64,000 nucleotides of DNA from Octopus vulgaris (GCA_951406725.2 OX597832.1:62434001-62498000), one strand, 5' to 3'. Positions 1 to 12,456 are shown, counted from the stretch's first letter. The notes: a model not told the origin generated them from the sequence alone. Translations and numbers: made by a program.

Positions 1-52
1 ATAGGCAAGAGAGAAAGAAAATGACGACAATCGATCATACAATAAAAAGTCA

Positions 53-143
53 CCTACGGACGTACGTTTCGAAATCAAGTTTTAGGAAAGCATATGAATT
101 AGATAATCCTGTCTTACCCAACTTCTTTTCTCATCAGCGTAGG
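53..143 (-). ncRNA. Type I minimal hammerhead ribozyme, canonical core
   Basis: Minus strand reads cctacg-CTGATGA-[stem II gaaa...aagtt//aactt...tttc]-GAAA-cgtacg-TC-cgtagg. Stem I is a perfect 6 bp, stem III is palindromic, and the cleavage triplet is GUC. Confidence 0.85.
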
Positions 144-639
144 ATACTACAATTATGAATAATTGTATATTAAATTTCGCGGTACTAGAAGACATCATCT
201 CAACTGATAGTATCAGAGCGAGCTAAATCCGTTCCTAGTATCGCCAAATTCAAAGTGTGAATGAAAGTCTGTGTCACCAGCCCCTTCCTATCAGCGTGCA
301 GCCAAGACAAGATGTTGTGGTCATCTACCGAGATGAAATATGGTTATCAGTAATAATGTAGGGTGAAATTAATTAATTTGGAATAATTATCAATTTCACC
401 ATGTAGATTTCGGCATGTAAAAGCCCCATTTGGGGAAAGTTTAAGTAATACTAAGTAATTAAGGGTTTAGCAACAATTTGCCTCACCACACACCGAATTT
501 AGAAATAGCAGCCAAAGAGTTATAGCTATTCCTTTCTACTAAAAGGGAGATCTCAGTAAAACCACAGCACTTGAAAGGCAAACACAGACAGGCAAGAGAG
601 AAAGAAAATGACGACAATCGATCATACAATAAAAAGTCA

Positions 640-723
640 CCGTACGTTTCGAAATCAAGTTTTAGGAAAGCATAAGAATTAGATAATCCTGTCTTACCCA
701 ACTTCTTTTCTCATCAGCGTAGG
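640..723 (-). ncRNA. Second hammerhead copy, inactivated by a 7-nt deletion across the cleavage site
   Basis: Matches 53-143 except that ctacgga is missing (U16.1, C17 and most of the stem I 3' arm) and there is one substitution in stem II. Confidence 0.75.
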
Positions 724-774
724 ATACTACAATTATGAATAATTGAAATTCAGTGTGTGGTGAGGCAAATCGTT

Positions 775-821
775 GCTAAGAATTTCGCCCGTCGTGCTAA
801 TGATTCTGCCAGCTCGCCGCC
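775..821 (-). mobile_element. SINE family A, 5' head only
   Basis: Reverse complement GGCGGCGAGCTGGCAGAATCATTAGCACG matches the other family A heads. Confidence 0.75.
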
Positions 822-835
822 GTTACTTATATTTA

Positions 836-875
836 TGCATACATACATACATACATACATACATACATACATACA

Positions 876-944
<69 letters not shown>
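836..944. repeat. (CATA)n-(TA)n compound microsatellite, representative of dozens of TA/CA/CATA/GATA arrays in the window
   Basis: Directly visible. Confidence 0.98.
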
Positions 945-946
<2 letters not shown>

Positions 947-1489
947 CCAAAGTTGACGGACATTAAGCGATACAGAAAAGCGAATCTCTAGTAAGACTTT
1001 ATAATTATTATTTATTATTTTTATTTTTATTTCTTTATGTACCCGAAGAAACCCAGAACGGATCGAAGCATGTGCTGTACTCAAATCTTATTATCATGTA
1101 TTTTATTCATACCCTTGTATATATGTATATGCGTGTGTGAGTGTGTGTGTATGTGTGTGTGAGTGTGTATGTATGTATGTATAGTAACAAACCGAGGAAA
1201 AGTGTTCCTTCAAGCCGGTATATTAAACATCTAGTTCACTGGTAGGTCAGTAGAATACCATATAATTATGTGTGTAATGCAATTACAAATATAAATTAAG
1301 TAGAGAGGTACTATTAACAATCCAATTATTTATATTATATTATAATATTACAATATTACATAATATACTATGGATATTATATAACATAATATCATATAAC
1401 ATTAACAATTATATAAAAACCCAAAAAGGCTAGCAAATTGTTTCGACTTACATGTGTGCATTTTCGTGTGTATGTATATATATGTATAA

Positions 1490-1539
<50 letters not shown>

Positions 1540-2268
1540 CACACAAGCACGCACCTACAGACGCAAAGACACAGAACGCACGCACATATGCTTGAACACA
1601 CGTTTTTATGTGAATATAGAAGAGAAAGAAGGTTAGTTACTGAAAGCGAAGATGGAATGAATACATCGCATCAAATTACATCGCAAAAGAAATTTAATGA
1701 TTAAAATTTCAACATAATACCTAATAATACACGCTCCTCTATAGGTTAACGTGACATATCTCTGTGGATCATACACACACACACGCACACGCACATATGT
1801 ACATATATATACACGCATACATACTTACATACATACATACCTACATATACATTCATACGTACATATACATATATTCACATTCGTATATATGTGGTGTCTA
1901 TGTGTGTGTGTTTGCACTTGCGTGTGCATTTTTGTGTGTGTGTATGTATTTATATATGTGTATACATATATATATATATTTATACATAGATAAATGCAAA
2001 TCTGTATTCGTGTATTTGAGTATAATTACGCGGGTCTTAGTATATATATTGTATGAGTGTTTATCTATCTATCTGAATAGCTACACACACCCACACACAC
2101 CAACACGCACATGCACACAAACACACACATACACACACACACACATATATATATATATATGTGTGTATGCGTTTACACTTATATACATATATATATATAT
2201 GTGTGTGTATTTACACATATATGCATATATAAATAAATAAATAAATACATATATATATATATATATTT

Positions 2269-2300
<32 letters not shown>

Positions 2301-2410
2301 TTACACTTATGCATAAATATTTATCTATAGATATATGTGTATTCATATTTATATATATACATATATATATCCACATGTTTATTTCCATCTGTATGCGCGT
2401 CTGTTTCTCT

Positions 2411-2470
<60 letters not shown>

Positions 2471-2799
2471 GTGTGTGTGAGCAATTGCGCGCGCGTGCCT
2501 TTTCGTGCGTGCACCTTTTGTAACCTACTTAGTGTTTACATTTATGATTGAAAATTTGTCTTCGGGCGTTGTTCTGCTGTATGTTTGTACATATAAATAT
2601 CCAACTGATTCATTACATCTTATAAACATTTAATTGCAGGAAATATGTCATAGTTATTCTACCTTTGGAAACATGTTCAAAACTCTCGTAGAATACTGCA
2701 AAAATTATTTCTCATATCATTTGTGTGAGTTTTGTAACACGTAAACAAACAAACGTAGCGTAACCCGAACTTTATGAAGTCTATTTCGATGTTATTTAT

Positions 2800-2950
2800 G
2801 TCTTTCTAGATCGTTAAAGTGTTTACCACTTTTAGAAGTACGAGCGGGTGAGCCTTTACGAAAACAAAAATTGCAATATGGCGATGCACTGTGGAAAGTT
2901 ATAACGTATAAAATTCTTGTTCCGGTATTTTCAAAGTGGATGACGCTAAA
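2800..2950 (+). pseudogene. Possible highly decayed mariner transposase N-terminal HTH fragment
   Basis: Frameshifted translation resembles YGDA...(W)FRYFQSG, compared with mariner YG....V....C..WF.RFKSG. Confidence 0.3.
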
Positions 2951-3699
2951 CGGTATTGGCTATGTAATTGTGCCTGGCTCTATTACTCTGCATTTCACTT
3001 GGAGATGATTTTGTCGTCGAATAACACTCATATATTCTTGTTGGTTCCTATTGAAAATAGGTTGTAGGCATTCGCTAAGTGGTTGTGGTTTGGATCAATG
3101 TAAAATTGCATGCTTTATTGTCTAATTTTTCATCATCTCTTGTAGTTTTGCAGCTGCTCGCATTATTTGATATTATTACCAAACCCATCATTGCAGATGT
3201 TGATGCTATTGCGAGCGGGATCCAGTAGAACGTTTGATTTTGCTGTCAACAAGAGGGACTTCGAGAGTGACAAGCATTGCGAACTGATAGGCTCAGTTTT
3301 TAAATTAAAATCTCTTTTAGCTTAGGTGTTCCCAGTATACGAGTACATGAAGGGGCGTCTCAGCTTCTATTTAAAAGGGAATCTCGTGGATCAAGCTTAG
3401 CTGGATTATATAACATATCGAATTTAAATGAAAAATATCTGTTGCAATTAATCAACGTTATATCAACCCCTAACAATCTTAGATATAATCAATTAAATGC
3501 CTGGCATAAGCATTTCTTTTCGTCATTTTCTGATGTTCTTTAGCTTTATGACAATACGGTATGAGGGGAGGGGTATTTGGTTAGTATTTTTGGACAGTTG
3601 AATGATCTCGTAAGAACTGTTTTCATATCAGCCTTATCTACATAAAATCTGCTGTTATTGTTGTTGTTTTGGTCCCTGTTGTTATTTACCACCGGTGAA

Positions 3700-4150
3700 G
3701 GCGCGTGGCTCAGTGTTTAGGGTTATTCGGCTCACGATCATAAGATCGTGTGCTCGATCCTCTGCAGCGCATTGGGTCCTTCAGCAAGACTCGTTACTTC
3801 ACATTGCTCCGGAGTCAACTCAGCTGGCAAAAATGTGTTGTACCTGTAATTCAAAGGGCCATACTTGTCACACTCTGTGTCACGCTGAATCTCCCTGAGA
3901 ACTACGTTAAGAGTACACGTGCCTGTGGAGTACTCGGCCGCTTGCATGTTCATTTCACGAGCAGGCTGCTGTATCTGTGATTCAAAAGGCCAGCCTTGTT
4001 ACATTCTATTTATCCCGCTGAATCTAAATGAGAACTACTTTAAAGGTATACGTGTCTGTGAAAAACTCATCCACTTGGACGTTAATTACACGAACGGACT
4101 ATTCCGTTGATCCTATCAGCTGGAAGGCTCGTCGTTGTAACCGACAGAGT
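3700..4150 (+). mobile_element. tRNA-derived SINE family C with an internal ~125-bp tandem duplication
   Basis: Head GGCGCGTGGCTCAGTGTTTAGG...GCTCGATCC has A/B-box-like motifs, followed by a CORE-like gtccttcagcaagac...cacattgctcc segment. About 3845-3968 is repeated at about 3977-4105. Confidence 0.7.
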
Positions 4151-4547
4151 ACAAGTTATTTAACACCGAATCAACTCAAATTCCAATCATAGTTAAGATT
4201 CCAGCTATTCTGTATATCCACAACTATGGTTGCTCCCTAATTTGACGCTTTTTGTAGTTTGTTTTTGTTTTTTTATGGTGGGGCAGGATTTTAAAGAAAA
4301 TGTGTTAGATCAAGAGCGCCGTATCTAGCTTGCTGCATGATTAAGAGAATCCCTTACGCTGGCTCCTGAGTAATTGTTCGTATTTGTTGATGAAACTGGT
4401 ATAACATATGGTGGTGAGCTTCAGATATTAGTGGAGGACGATATGGCATGTTAGCAGCATAGGAAAACGATCTGTTTTGTACAAGGAGGAAACAAGAAAG
4501 TATGAAGACAGAATGAAAGAATATATACAATATAAATGATATATCAT

Positions 4548-4551
<4 letters not shown>

Positions 4552-4592
<41 letters not shown>

Positions 4593-4657
4593 ACAGATAA
4601 AGAAAAAGAAAGATCGAAGCCGTTGATGAAGAATGGAAACAAGAACAGGATGCATGA

Positions 4658-4720
<63 letters not shown>

Positions 4721-4750
4721 TAAGAAAGAAAGAAAGGAAAGAGAAGAGAA
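4552..4750. repeat. (AG)n and (GAAA)n purine microsatellites
   Basis: Directly visible. Confidence 0.95.
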
Positions 4751-5336
4751 GTAAATCAAACTAGGAAGGAAAAATTGCAAACTGGAAAGAACTGTTGAAG
4801 AATACTTTAAGGTTACCAAATCAGGAAATAAATGTTGATTTAAATTGATAGTTTTACATTGAAAGTGTTTTATTAACGAAAAACTAAAAAAACAAACTGA
4901 ATAAATAAATATGTGGAAGTTACTCTACGAGGGATTTAAAAAATTGGTCGAGCTTAAAGCATCAACGACAATGAAGGCCAGTTATGGTGTAGTCCATTGG
5001 ATAATCACTGTGATCACCGTAGCTATGTATTATCTGGAGGTGGTGTATGGAAATTTTCATGTGCTGACACACAAACTGGTAATTATGAAGAAAGAAAACA
5101 AAAAAAATATCTGATTTATATTCAGCAGAGATAGGGCGACAGGAAACGGTATTGACGTAGAATCTGGTTTTAAATGTTTTCAATTTGTTGTAGTGGAATT
5201 GATAAATATAGAGAAAGAGATGCGCAAGGAAGGAATCGCTTATGTGCGCCGAACTAGCTTCGTGCTCTTTAGGTGGAGCTTAAGCAGGAATAAGGGGGAC
5301 TGCAGGGAGTAATTTGTATACGTTATTATTATTATT

Positions 5337-5384
<48 letters not shown>

Positions 5385-5439
5385 GCTGTTGTTGTTGTTG
5401 TTGTTGCTGTTGTTGTTGTTGTTGTTGTTGTTGTTAGCA

Positions 5440-5900
5440 TCTTCTTTCAATTCTGTTTCCATTTCTGACCGAGTGCCTTCCCGACACCTAGGGCAGAGAA
5501 AACAAGCACACCAGATTGTTCATTTACAGAGTCATGTGACAGAGAAAAGGGGAAAAACAAAGAGAAAGACGAAAAAATAGTAAAGTAGACAAATAAAATA
5601 AAGGGGAAAAAGGAAAAAAATTTGCAGCGACAATGTTCTTCTCAATACGTGTGATGTACCAGCTAAGATAATCTTTTGCACTTCCTGCATCAATGGGAAG
5701 CCGCGGATCATTCCTAAATAATTTTCAGCTCCCTTTTTGTTCACTGGTGTTGTCACAATCTGGGGATGCCACATCTTTTCGATTTCGATTAGCAGACCTT
5801 TATCTTTTCTGAGCGTATCAAATTCTTTTTTCCGAGATATTATGGTCACAGGATATGCTCATGTTAATAAATAAACAGTTTTCATTGCTTTAGTCTTTCA
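5440..5900 (-). mobile_element. R4/Dong-like LINE 3' fragment (RLE C-terminus plus 3' UTR), degenerate
   Basis: ORF 5532-5849 contains IEIEKMWH...KKGAENYLGMIRGFPLMQEVQKIILAGTSHVLRRTLSL. The 3' end abuts (TTA/TTG)n. Confidence 0.8.
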
Positions 5901-5961
5901 CAACAATATCTGGCTTATTTGCCTTGATGGTCCCATCTGTACATACTGCGAAGTCCGAAAG

Positions 5962-5963
5962 AA

Positions 5964-6056
<93 letters not shown>

Positions 6057-6058
6057 CA

Positions 6059-6129
<71 letters not shown>

Positions 6130-6142
6130 GTTGTTGTTGTTG

Positions 6143-6199
<57 letters not shown>
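5962..6199. repeat. (ATT)n array
   Basis: Directly visible. Confidence 0.98.
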
Positions 6200-6200
<1 letters not shown>

Positions 6201-6552
6201 TGTATGTTTGACTTTTGCTTTATATTTGTACAAGTTGGCTCCAAGTCTCACCCGGAGACCTCAAGAGACAGCAGGTTGGAAGTTCACGTTGTTGTTATGC
6301 CTAGTGTGCCATATATTTGGTTGTTTTTTGTGTTGTACTAGTGGATGTCTAAAAAAAATGTTTGTTTTAAACCTTGAGATTACATAGAAAGTATTTTGCG
6401 TAGGATATGAGCAGTTCCCATGAGCACTATCTTTTGAATTTCTGCCATTTTTGGGTTTCCTGGTATCTGAGTTAGGTAGCTATCTGCCCCTTTTGCTATC
6501 ATTCCCAGGGCACCTATGACAACAGGTATTGTTTTAGTCTTCAGGTTCCACA

Positions 6553-6556
<4 letters not shown>
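6200..6556 (-). mobile_element. R4/Dong-like LINE 3' end, 5'-truncated, inserted in (ATT)n
   Basis: KMWNLKTKTIPVVIGALGMIAKGADSYLTQIPGNPKMAEIQKIVLMGTAHILRKILSM* followed by a ~180-nt UTR. (ATT)n lies on both sides. Confidence 0.88.
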
Positions 6557-6609
<53 letters not shown>

Positions 6610-6615
6610 CATTGT

Positions 6616-7681
6616 CATTTACTTTTAATCTGCATGTTTGATGCAATCACCTGCCGGGGCACACCCAGCGCCCTAGGGCAAGTGAAGGTTAAGAGTTGTT
6701 GAAATACAGCTGAAAGCTTGGGGAGGGGAAGTAGAGATATATCTCCATGTAATGCAAACACAGACATTTACATTGATAGGGTTTTTCTAAGGATGTGGGC
6801 AGTACTTGTTAGCACAATCTTTTGGATTTCCTTGAGACATGGTTTTCCAGGGATATTGTCTAGGTGTTTCTGACATCCCTTTTTTATCATACCTAGGGCA
6901 CCTACAATAACAGGAACAGTTTTTGTTTTAAGATTCCACATCCTCTGTATTTCGATTTCCAGGTCCTTATATTTACTAAGTTTGTCAAATTCCTTGACAG
7001 ATACATTTTTATCAGTGGGGACGCTTACTTCTATTAGTCTGCAGGTATTTTCTTCCCTGTCCTTAACAATTATGTCTGGTCGATTAGCCAGAGGATGGTG
7101 ACATCTTTACCTTCAACAACTGGCTGAGGATGGTGTTCGTACCAGTTAGCAGGAATGTCGGATTTGTAGTGTTTACATATCTTCCAATGTATATACTGTC
7201 CTACCCTATCGTGGCGATTTTTGTATTCGTTTGGTGTCAGCACAGGACATCCCGAAACGAGATGGTCTATCGTTTCGTCAAATGTGTCGCAGAATCTGCA
7301 TTTAGGGTCAGTACCGTTTCGGAGAACGTTAGCCTGGTAATTTCTGGTAAACAAGCTTTGATCTTGTGCTGCCATTATGAAACCTTCAGTCTCTGCTTTC
7401 AATCCAGAGCTCTTCAGCCACTGATGGGTTGTTGCTTGGTCTACATCAGCATTTTGGCTTCGGAGAATATATTGTCCATGCAGGGGCTTCTGGCTCCACC
7501 GCCTCTCAATTTGATTCTGCCCGTTCTTTTTTGCAGTCTGCTTGATTCGCTTTGCTTGCTTGGTAGCAGTGGTTTCCGGCTCTTCATCTGATTCAAGGTT
7601 AATGTCTAGTTCCCTTTCGAACTTATAAGCTTCCTGATTCAAGGTTAATGTCTAGTTCCCTTTCGAACTTATAAGCTTCCT
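6616..7681 (-). mobile_element. R4/Dong-like LINE 3' ~1 kb: post-RT region, CCHC zinc knuckle and restriction-like endonuclease, frameshifted
   Basis: KPLHGQY...LKAETEGFIMAAQDQ...CRFC...ETIDHLVSGC...RHDRV...VTILW, then after a deletion NRPDIIVKDREENTCRLIEVSVP...KLSKYKDLEIEIQRMW...ILRKTLSM* (stop ~6768). Flanked by (ATT)n. Confidence 0.92.
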
Positions 7682-7720
7682 TTATTATTATTATTATTAT
7701 TATTGTTGTTATTATTATTG

Positions 7721-7799
<79 letters not shown>

Positions 7800-7853
7800 C
7801 AGCAGCAGCACCATTATCCTCATCAGTACCATCATTGTTGTTGTTGTTGTTAA

Positions 7854-8066
7854 GGCGGTGAGCTGGCAGAATCGTTAGCAACCGGGCAAAATGTTTAGCG
7901 GTATTTCGTCCGTCTTCGCGTCCCGAGTTTATATTCCACCGAGGTTGACTTTGCCTTTCATCTTTCTGGGGTCGATAAATTAAGTACCAGTGAGACAGTA
8001 GCGTCGACGTAATCAACTAGTCACCTCTCCCTTAGAATTTCAGGCCGCGTGCCTTTAGTAGAAAGG
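7854..8066 (+). mobile_element. SINE family A (tRNA head, Nin/Deu-like core gcctttcatc...ggggtcgataaa..agtaccag), full length
   Basis: Starts GGCGGTGAGCTGGCAGAATCGTTAGC and ends gaaagg+(ATT)n. More than 15 related copies occur in the window. Confidence 0.9.
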
Positions 8067-8645
8067 ATTATTATTATTTCAGCTTTAGCTCAGAGAGCTG
8101 GAAGAATCATTTCCTGTGTTGACATAGGTTTAGCAGTATTTCTTCTGGCCCTTACTTTCTAAATTCAAATCCCATCGTGGTTGATTTTACTCTTCGTTCT
8201 TTCAGGGTCCGTAAAATAAATCCCAGTTTGTACTGTTATCTATGTAGCTGTCGCTGCAAGCTTTCGCCTTTATTGGAAACAATATTAAAAAGCAGGAAGC
8301 AGTTAGAATCTTTATTACATAAAATGACAATAGTTACATTCAGTTATTACCCAGCTTATTCATCTGACGATGGATTACATCGTTACTATGATATTAGCCG
8401 CCGAGAGTTTTCAGAGCAATGCACCGCCTACACAATCTACTTCCTTTCACTTCATTAACTATTGCCGTACAACCACACAATCTTTATGCTGAAATATATA
8501 CGTCATAATCTTACTTGATAGCGGTTAAAGAACTGTTTTTACCTTTAACATATAGAGTTGTAGTTGTAGATGTTAACAGAAGACTTAGATTTCAAATATT
8601 TCCAATACGGTCTATGAATTTGCCCGACTCAATCCAGCAGTCACC

Positions 8646-8707
<62 letters not shown>

Positions 8708-8905
8708 TTCGCGGATCAAAGTGACTTTGCATTGATGTGAAATCCTTAAAAAATATACCACGACGTCTACACATTTCTCACCTTGAACTTTCAACCTTGA
8801 ACTTGTTCGCATAAACTGTCCCGTTTGTTGTATTTTTATTTCTTCTTATATTACTGCACGCATTTTTTTTCTCTCCTTCTTTCTGTGTTTTTCTCTCTCT
8901 GTGTA

Positions 8906-8943
8906 TCTTTCTGTTGAAGAGCGTAGGCTCGAAACGTTAAAGA
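8906..8943 (+). ncRNA. Minimal hammerhead-like motif, variant core CUGUUGA
   Basis: tcttt-CTGTTGA-a-gagc(gtag)gctc-GAAA-cg-TT-aaaga. Confidence 0.6.
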
Positions 8944-9361
8944 CTTGTTTTATTTATATTTCCTGAGCGCCATACTAATACAATTGTTCGTTTGTTTTCC
9001 ACCTGCCTTCGTCTTTTGTTTATTTTCATAAAGCTTCCCGTTATATATTATGCGCTCACGTGGTCTCACTTTCATCCTATATTCTACCAATACCACTATC
9101 AACACTTACCTCTACCTTGGATTTTCTTTACCTCTTGGATACTTACCATTGGCTGCACCTCTCTTTCGCGGATCAAAGTGACTTTGCATTGATGTGAAAT
9201 CCTTAAAAAATATACCACGACGTCTACACATTTCTCACCTTGAACTTTCAACCTTGAACTTGTTCGCATAAACTGTCCCGTTTGTTGTATTTTTATTTCT
9301 TCTTATATTACTGCACGCATTTTTTTCTCTCCTTCTTTCTGTGTTTTTCTCTCTCTGTGTA

Positions 9362-9399
9362 TCTTTCTGTTGAAGAGCGTAGGCTCGAAACGTTAAAGA
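9362..9399 (+). ncRNA. Minimal hammerhead-like motif, second tandem copy
   Basis: Identical to 8906-8943. Confidence 0.6.
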
Positions 9400-9726
9400 C
9401 TTGTTTTATTTATATTTCCTGAGCGCCATACTAATACAATTGTTCGTTTGTTTTCCACCTGCCTTCGTCTTTTGTTTATTTTCATAAAGCTTCCCGTTAT
9501 ATATATATATATATATATATAATCATTTCTTAGAAACACGTGTCGTTATTCTACCAATTATATACGTTTTTATTATTTTTGCTATTTACTTAATCATTGG
9601 TATTTTATTGTTATTTTAATTTTAATATTTCTATTATATTTCTAGATGGTGTGAGTTAATTGTTTATTTTGAATTGATAAAAGGTGGTTATTCCTATATA
9701 TATATATTTATCTATTTATATATATC

Positions 9727-9774
<48 letters not shown>

Positions 9775-9778
<4 letters not shown>

Positions 9779-9965
9779 ATCCAAACAAGAAAGCACAAAA
9801 AAACACAACAACGCGAGGACGTGGAACAAATATAGTATTATTGGACGCTCAGGAAAGAAGGAAAGAAGGACGGTTTAACGTTTCGAGCGGAGCTCTTCGT
9901 CGGAATCATAGGAGAAGGAAAGATCCAGAGAAGGGAGGACATAGGAAAAATACACGCGGTCACAA
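9775..9965 (-). mobile_element. Penelope-like 3' end with hammerhead-like motif (9872-9907), ending in (TA)n
   Basis: Minus strand reads gatt-CCGACGA-a-gagc(tcc)gctc-GAAA-cg-TT-aaacc. Downstream ttcctgagcg is shared with the 8705-9504 family. Confidence 0.6.
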
Positions 9966-10061
9966 TGTATATACAGACAGAGGGGAAAGGTAGACAATGG
10001 CAGACAGACCGTTAGATAGATATATATACATATGTAAACTTATATATTATTCTTTTATTCT

Positions 10062-10540
10062 TTTTTACTTCTTTCACTCAGTTGACTGCGGCAATGCTGT
10101 ATCTGTTTCTTTACTACCCACAAGGGGCTACACACAGAGGGGACAAACAAGGACAGACAAACGGATTAAGTCGATTACATCGACCCCAGTGCGTAACTGG
10201 TACTTAATTTATCGACCCCGGAAGGATGAAAGGTAAAGTCGACCTCGGCGGAATTTGAACTCAGAAACGTAACGGCAGACGAAATACGGCTACGCATTTC
10301 GGCCGGCGTACTAACGGTTCTGTAACGGCCATGCTGTATCACCGCCATTAGTCGTACAAATCGACCACAGTACTTATTCTTTGTAAACCTAGTACTTATT
10401 CTATGTACCCTTTTGCCGAACCGCTAATTTACGGGAACGTGAACACACCAGCATCGGCTGTCAAGCGATGGTCGGGGACAAATACAGAAACACACATGTA
10501 CACACACACACATATATATACAACGGGCTTCTGTCAGTAT
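10062..10540 (-). mobile_element. SINE family B 3' half, interrupted by a family A2 SINE (10104-10325) with a ~15-bp target duplication
   Basis: cggc(a/c)atgctgtatc at 10089-10103 and 10326-10340 flanks the A2 copy. Confidence 0.82.
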
Positions 10541-11261
10541 ATATATATGTATATATACGTGCATATATATATATAGAGAGAGAGGGGGAAATAGGAATGG
10601 GAGAGGGATACAAAAGCAGATAGATACACATACACATGTAAATATATATTTATATATATATATATGTGGGGGTGTACCTATGTATGTATGTGCGTATGTA
10701 CGGATGGATAACGGAAGTATTGAGGGTTAGATGGATGGATGTGTGTGCATGTGCCTATATGCATTTATATTGGCATATATATATAGTGTGTTTGTGTATG
10801 CATCTGTGTGTGTATGTGTGTCTCTGTTAAAAACATATATATTAAATATATAGTGAGCTCACATGTAAAAATTTATACTCAAATAGAAATTCTCTTAGAA
10901 ATTTATCATGAACAAAGGAAAATAAATATTTCCATTGTTGTTAATTCACTTTAAAATAATCATTAAAACAATATAGTAGCATTTAATTAATTTTAATTTA
11001 ATTTTATTTTGTTTCCCACCATGAGTAAATCTTCTTTTAAAACAATTGAAACCGGTAGCATATTTTGATCAAATGATAAGTATGCTTTACCTTTTGTCTA
11101 TAGTAAAGATCTCAAACATTTTTTGCTTTCATTTAGACTTACATACATACACACATACATACAAAAATTATATACATATAGCATATACATACATGCATAC
11201 ATACATATAGCATATACATACATGCATAAATACATATAGCATATACATACATGCATATTTA

Positions 11262-11312
<51 letters not shown>

Positions 11313-11313
11313 G

Positions 11314-11315
<2 letters not shown>

Positions 11316-11395
<80 letters not shown>
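11316..11395. repeat. (GATA)n array; others at 19532-19623, 48008-48125 and 54430-54508
   Basis: Directly visible. Confidence 0.97.
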
Positions 11396-11879
11396 TATTT
11401 CAGAATCTATATCCATTTAGTCAGCAATATTGATCATTGTCACATGAAAATATTGTACATTTTCCATATTTTCCCATCTTCTTACTTCATGGGTAACACA
11501 CAAAGATGTTTTACAAATTATTAAGAGACTTTTTTCAAATATCTCACTTGTAATACAAAATTAGTAAATTAATAAGACCTCGATGTTATTAATAAACTTT
11601 TTTGATGTAGATGAAAATTTATACTTTGTACTTTATTGTCGTATATTGTTTTTTAGTTTGTTTTTTTTTACATGCGTCGATAGTTTCAATTGTATATTAT
11701 ATAGTTGGTGGTTGTGCAGTGATATTTTTGTTCCTCTAACTCAATATTTTTCTTTTTTGTACTTCAGTGTATATATGCATAAGAGTGTGTGTATGTATGC
11801 GTGTGTGTATACGTAATTGTGTGTATACTTATATGTATGTGTCTATACATATATATATATGTATTTGTGTATGCGCGTA

Positions 11880-11914
<35 letters not shown>

Positions 11915-12098
11915 GTGAGCGAATATGTTTACATGCATACGTATTCATATACACGTAAATGCATAAAACACACCCACACATACGCAACCCTACATACATG
12001 TATATATATATATATGCACACACATGCAAATGTATATAAATATATAATTCATTTTTTATTTTGCTTTCTATATATTATGCATCAACATATCGTATTTA

Positions 12099-12135
<37 letters not shown>

Positions 12136-12177
12136 GTTATTATTACTGTTGTTGGTGGTGTTGTTAATATTATTATA

Positions 12178-12456
12178 GAGTTAAAGAGTAGTACACGCCA
12201 TCAAAGTGACAGTGGATACAAATATACGAAGCTGAATATACCTATCCCTAGCACCCGTCTGATAAATGTACTCTAAGGGCATGCAGCCCGACCATGGTGA
12301 CCTGACATCAAGATAAACAGTGCATTGATCTTGCAGGTGGGTCTCAGTTAGAATGTTCTCCAGATCGAATAGCCCACTTTTTACAGGAACACAACACATT
12401 CATGGAAACACTTCCGACCAGTTAAGATCAGAAATCATGAGAGCCACTGCCAGGTA
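12178..12456 (-). mobile_element. (ATT)n-associated ~550-bp repeat family, internally deleted copy
   Basis: Homologous to both ends of 12490-13046. Confidence 0.7.

Larger units (their letters stand above)
3..779 (-). mobile_element. Penelope-like/retrozyme-type non-coding element, partial tandem (period ~587 bp) with a short inverted fragment at its 5' end
   Basis: Direct repeats 3-165 and 590-745 are near identical. 746-779 is the reverse complement of 467-500. The repeat contains a hammerhead motif. The element runs off the left edge of the window. Confidence 0.75.
8705..9504 (+). mobile_element. Hammerhead-bearing Penelope-like/retrozyme element, 1.75-mer tandem of a ~457-nt unit inserted in (TA)n
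   Basis: 8705-9048 and 9162-9504 are essentially identical. (TA)n lies on both flanks, and each copy has one hammerhead-like motif. Confidence 0.8.

Noticed and set aside
3700-3775. tRNA gene candidates in SINE heads
   Set aside because: They have A/B-box-like motifs but no complete cloverleaf, and they continue into SINE bodies.
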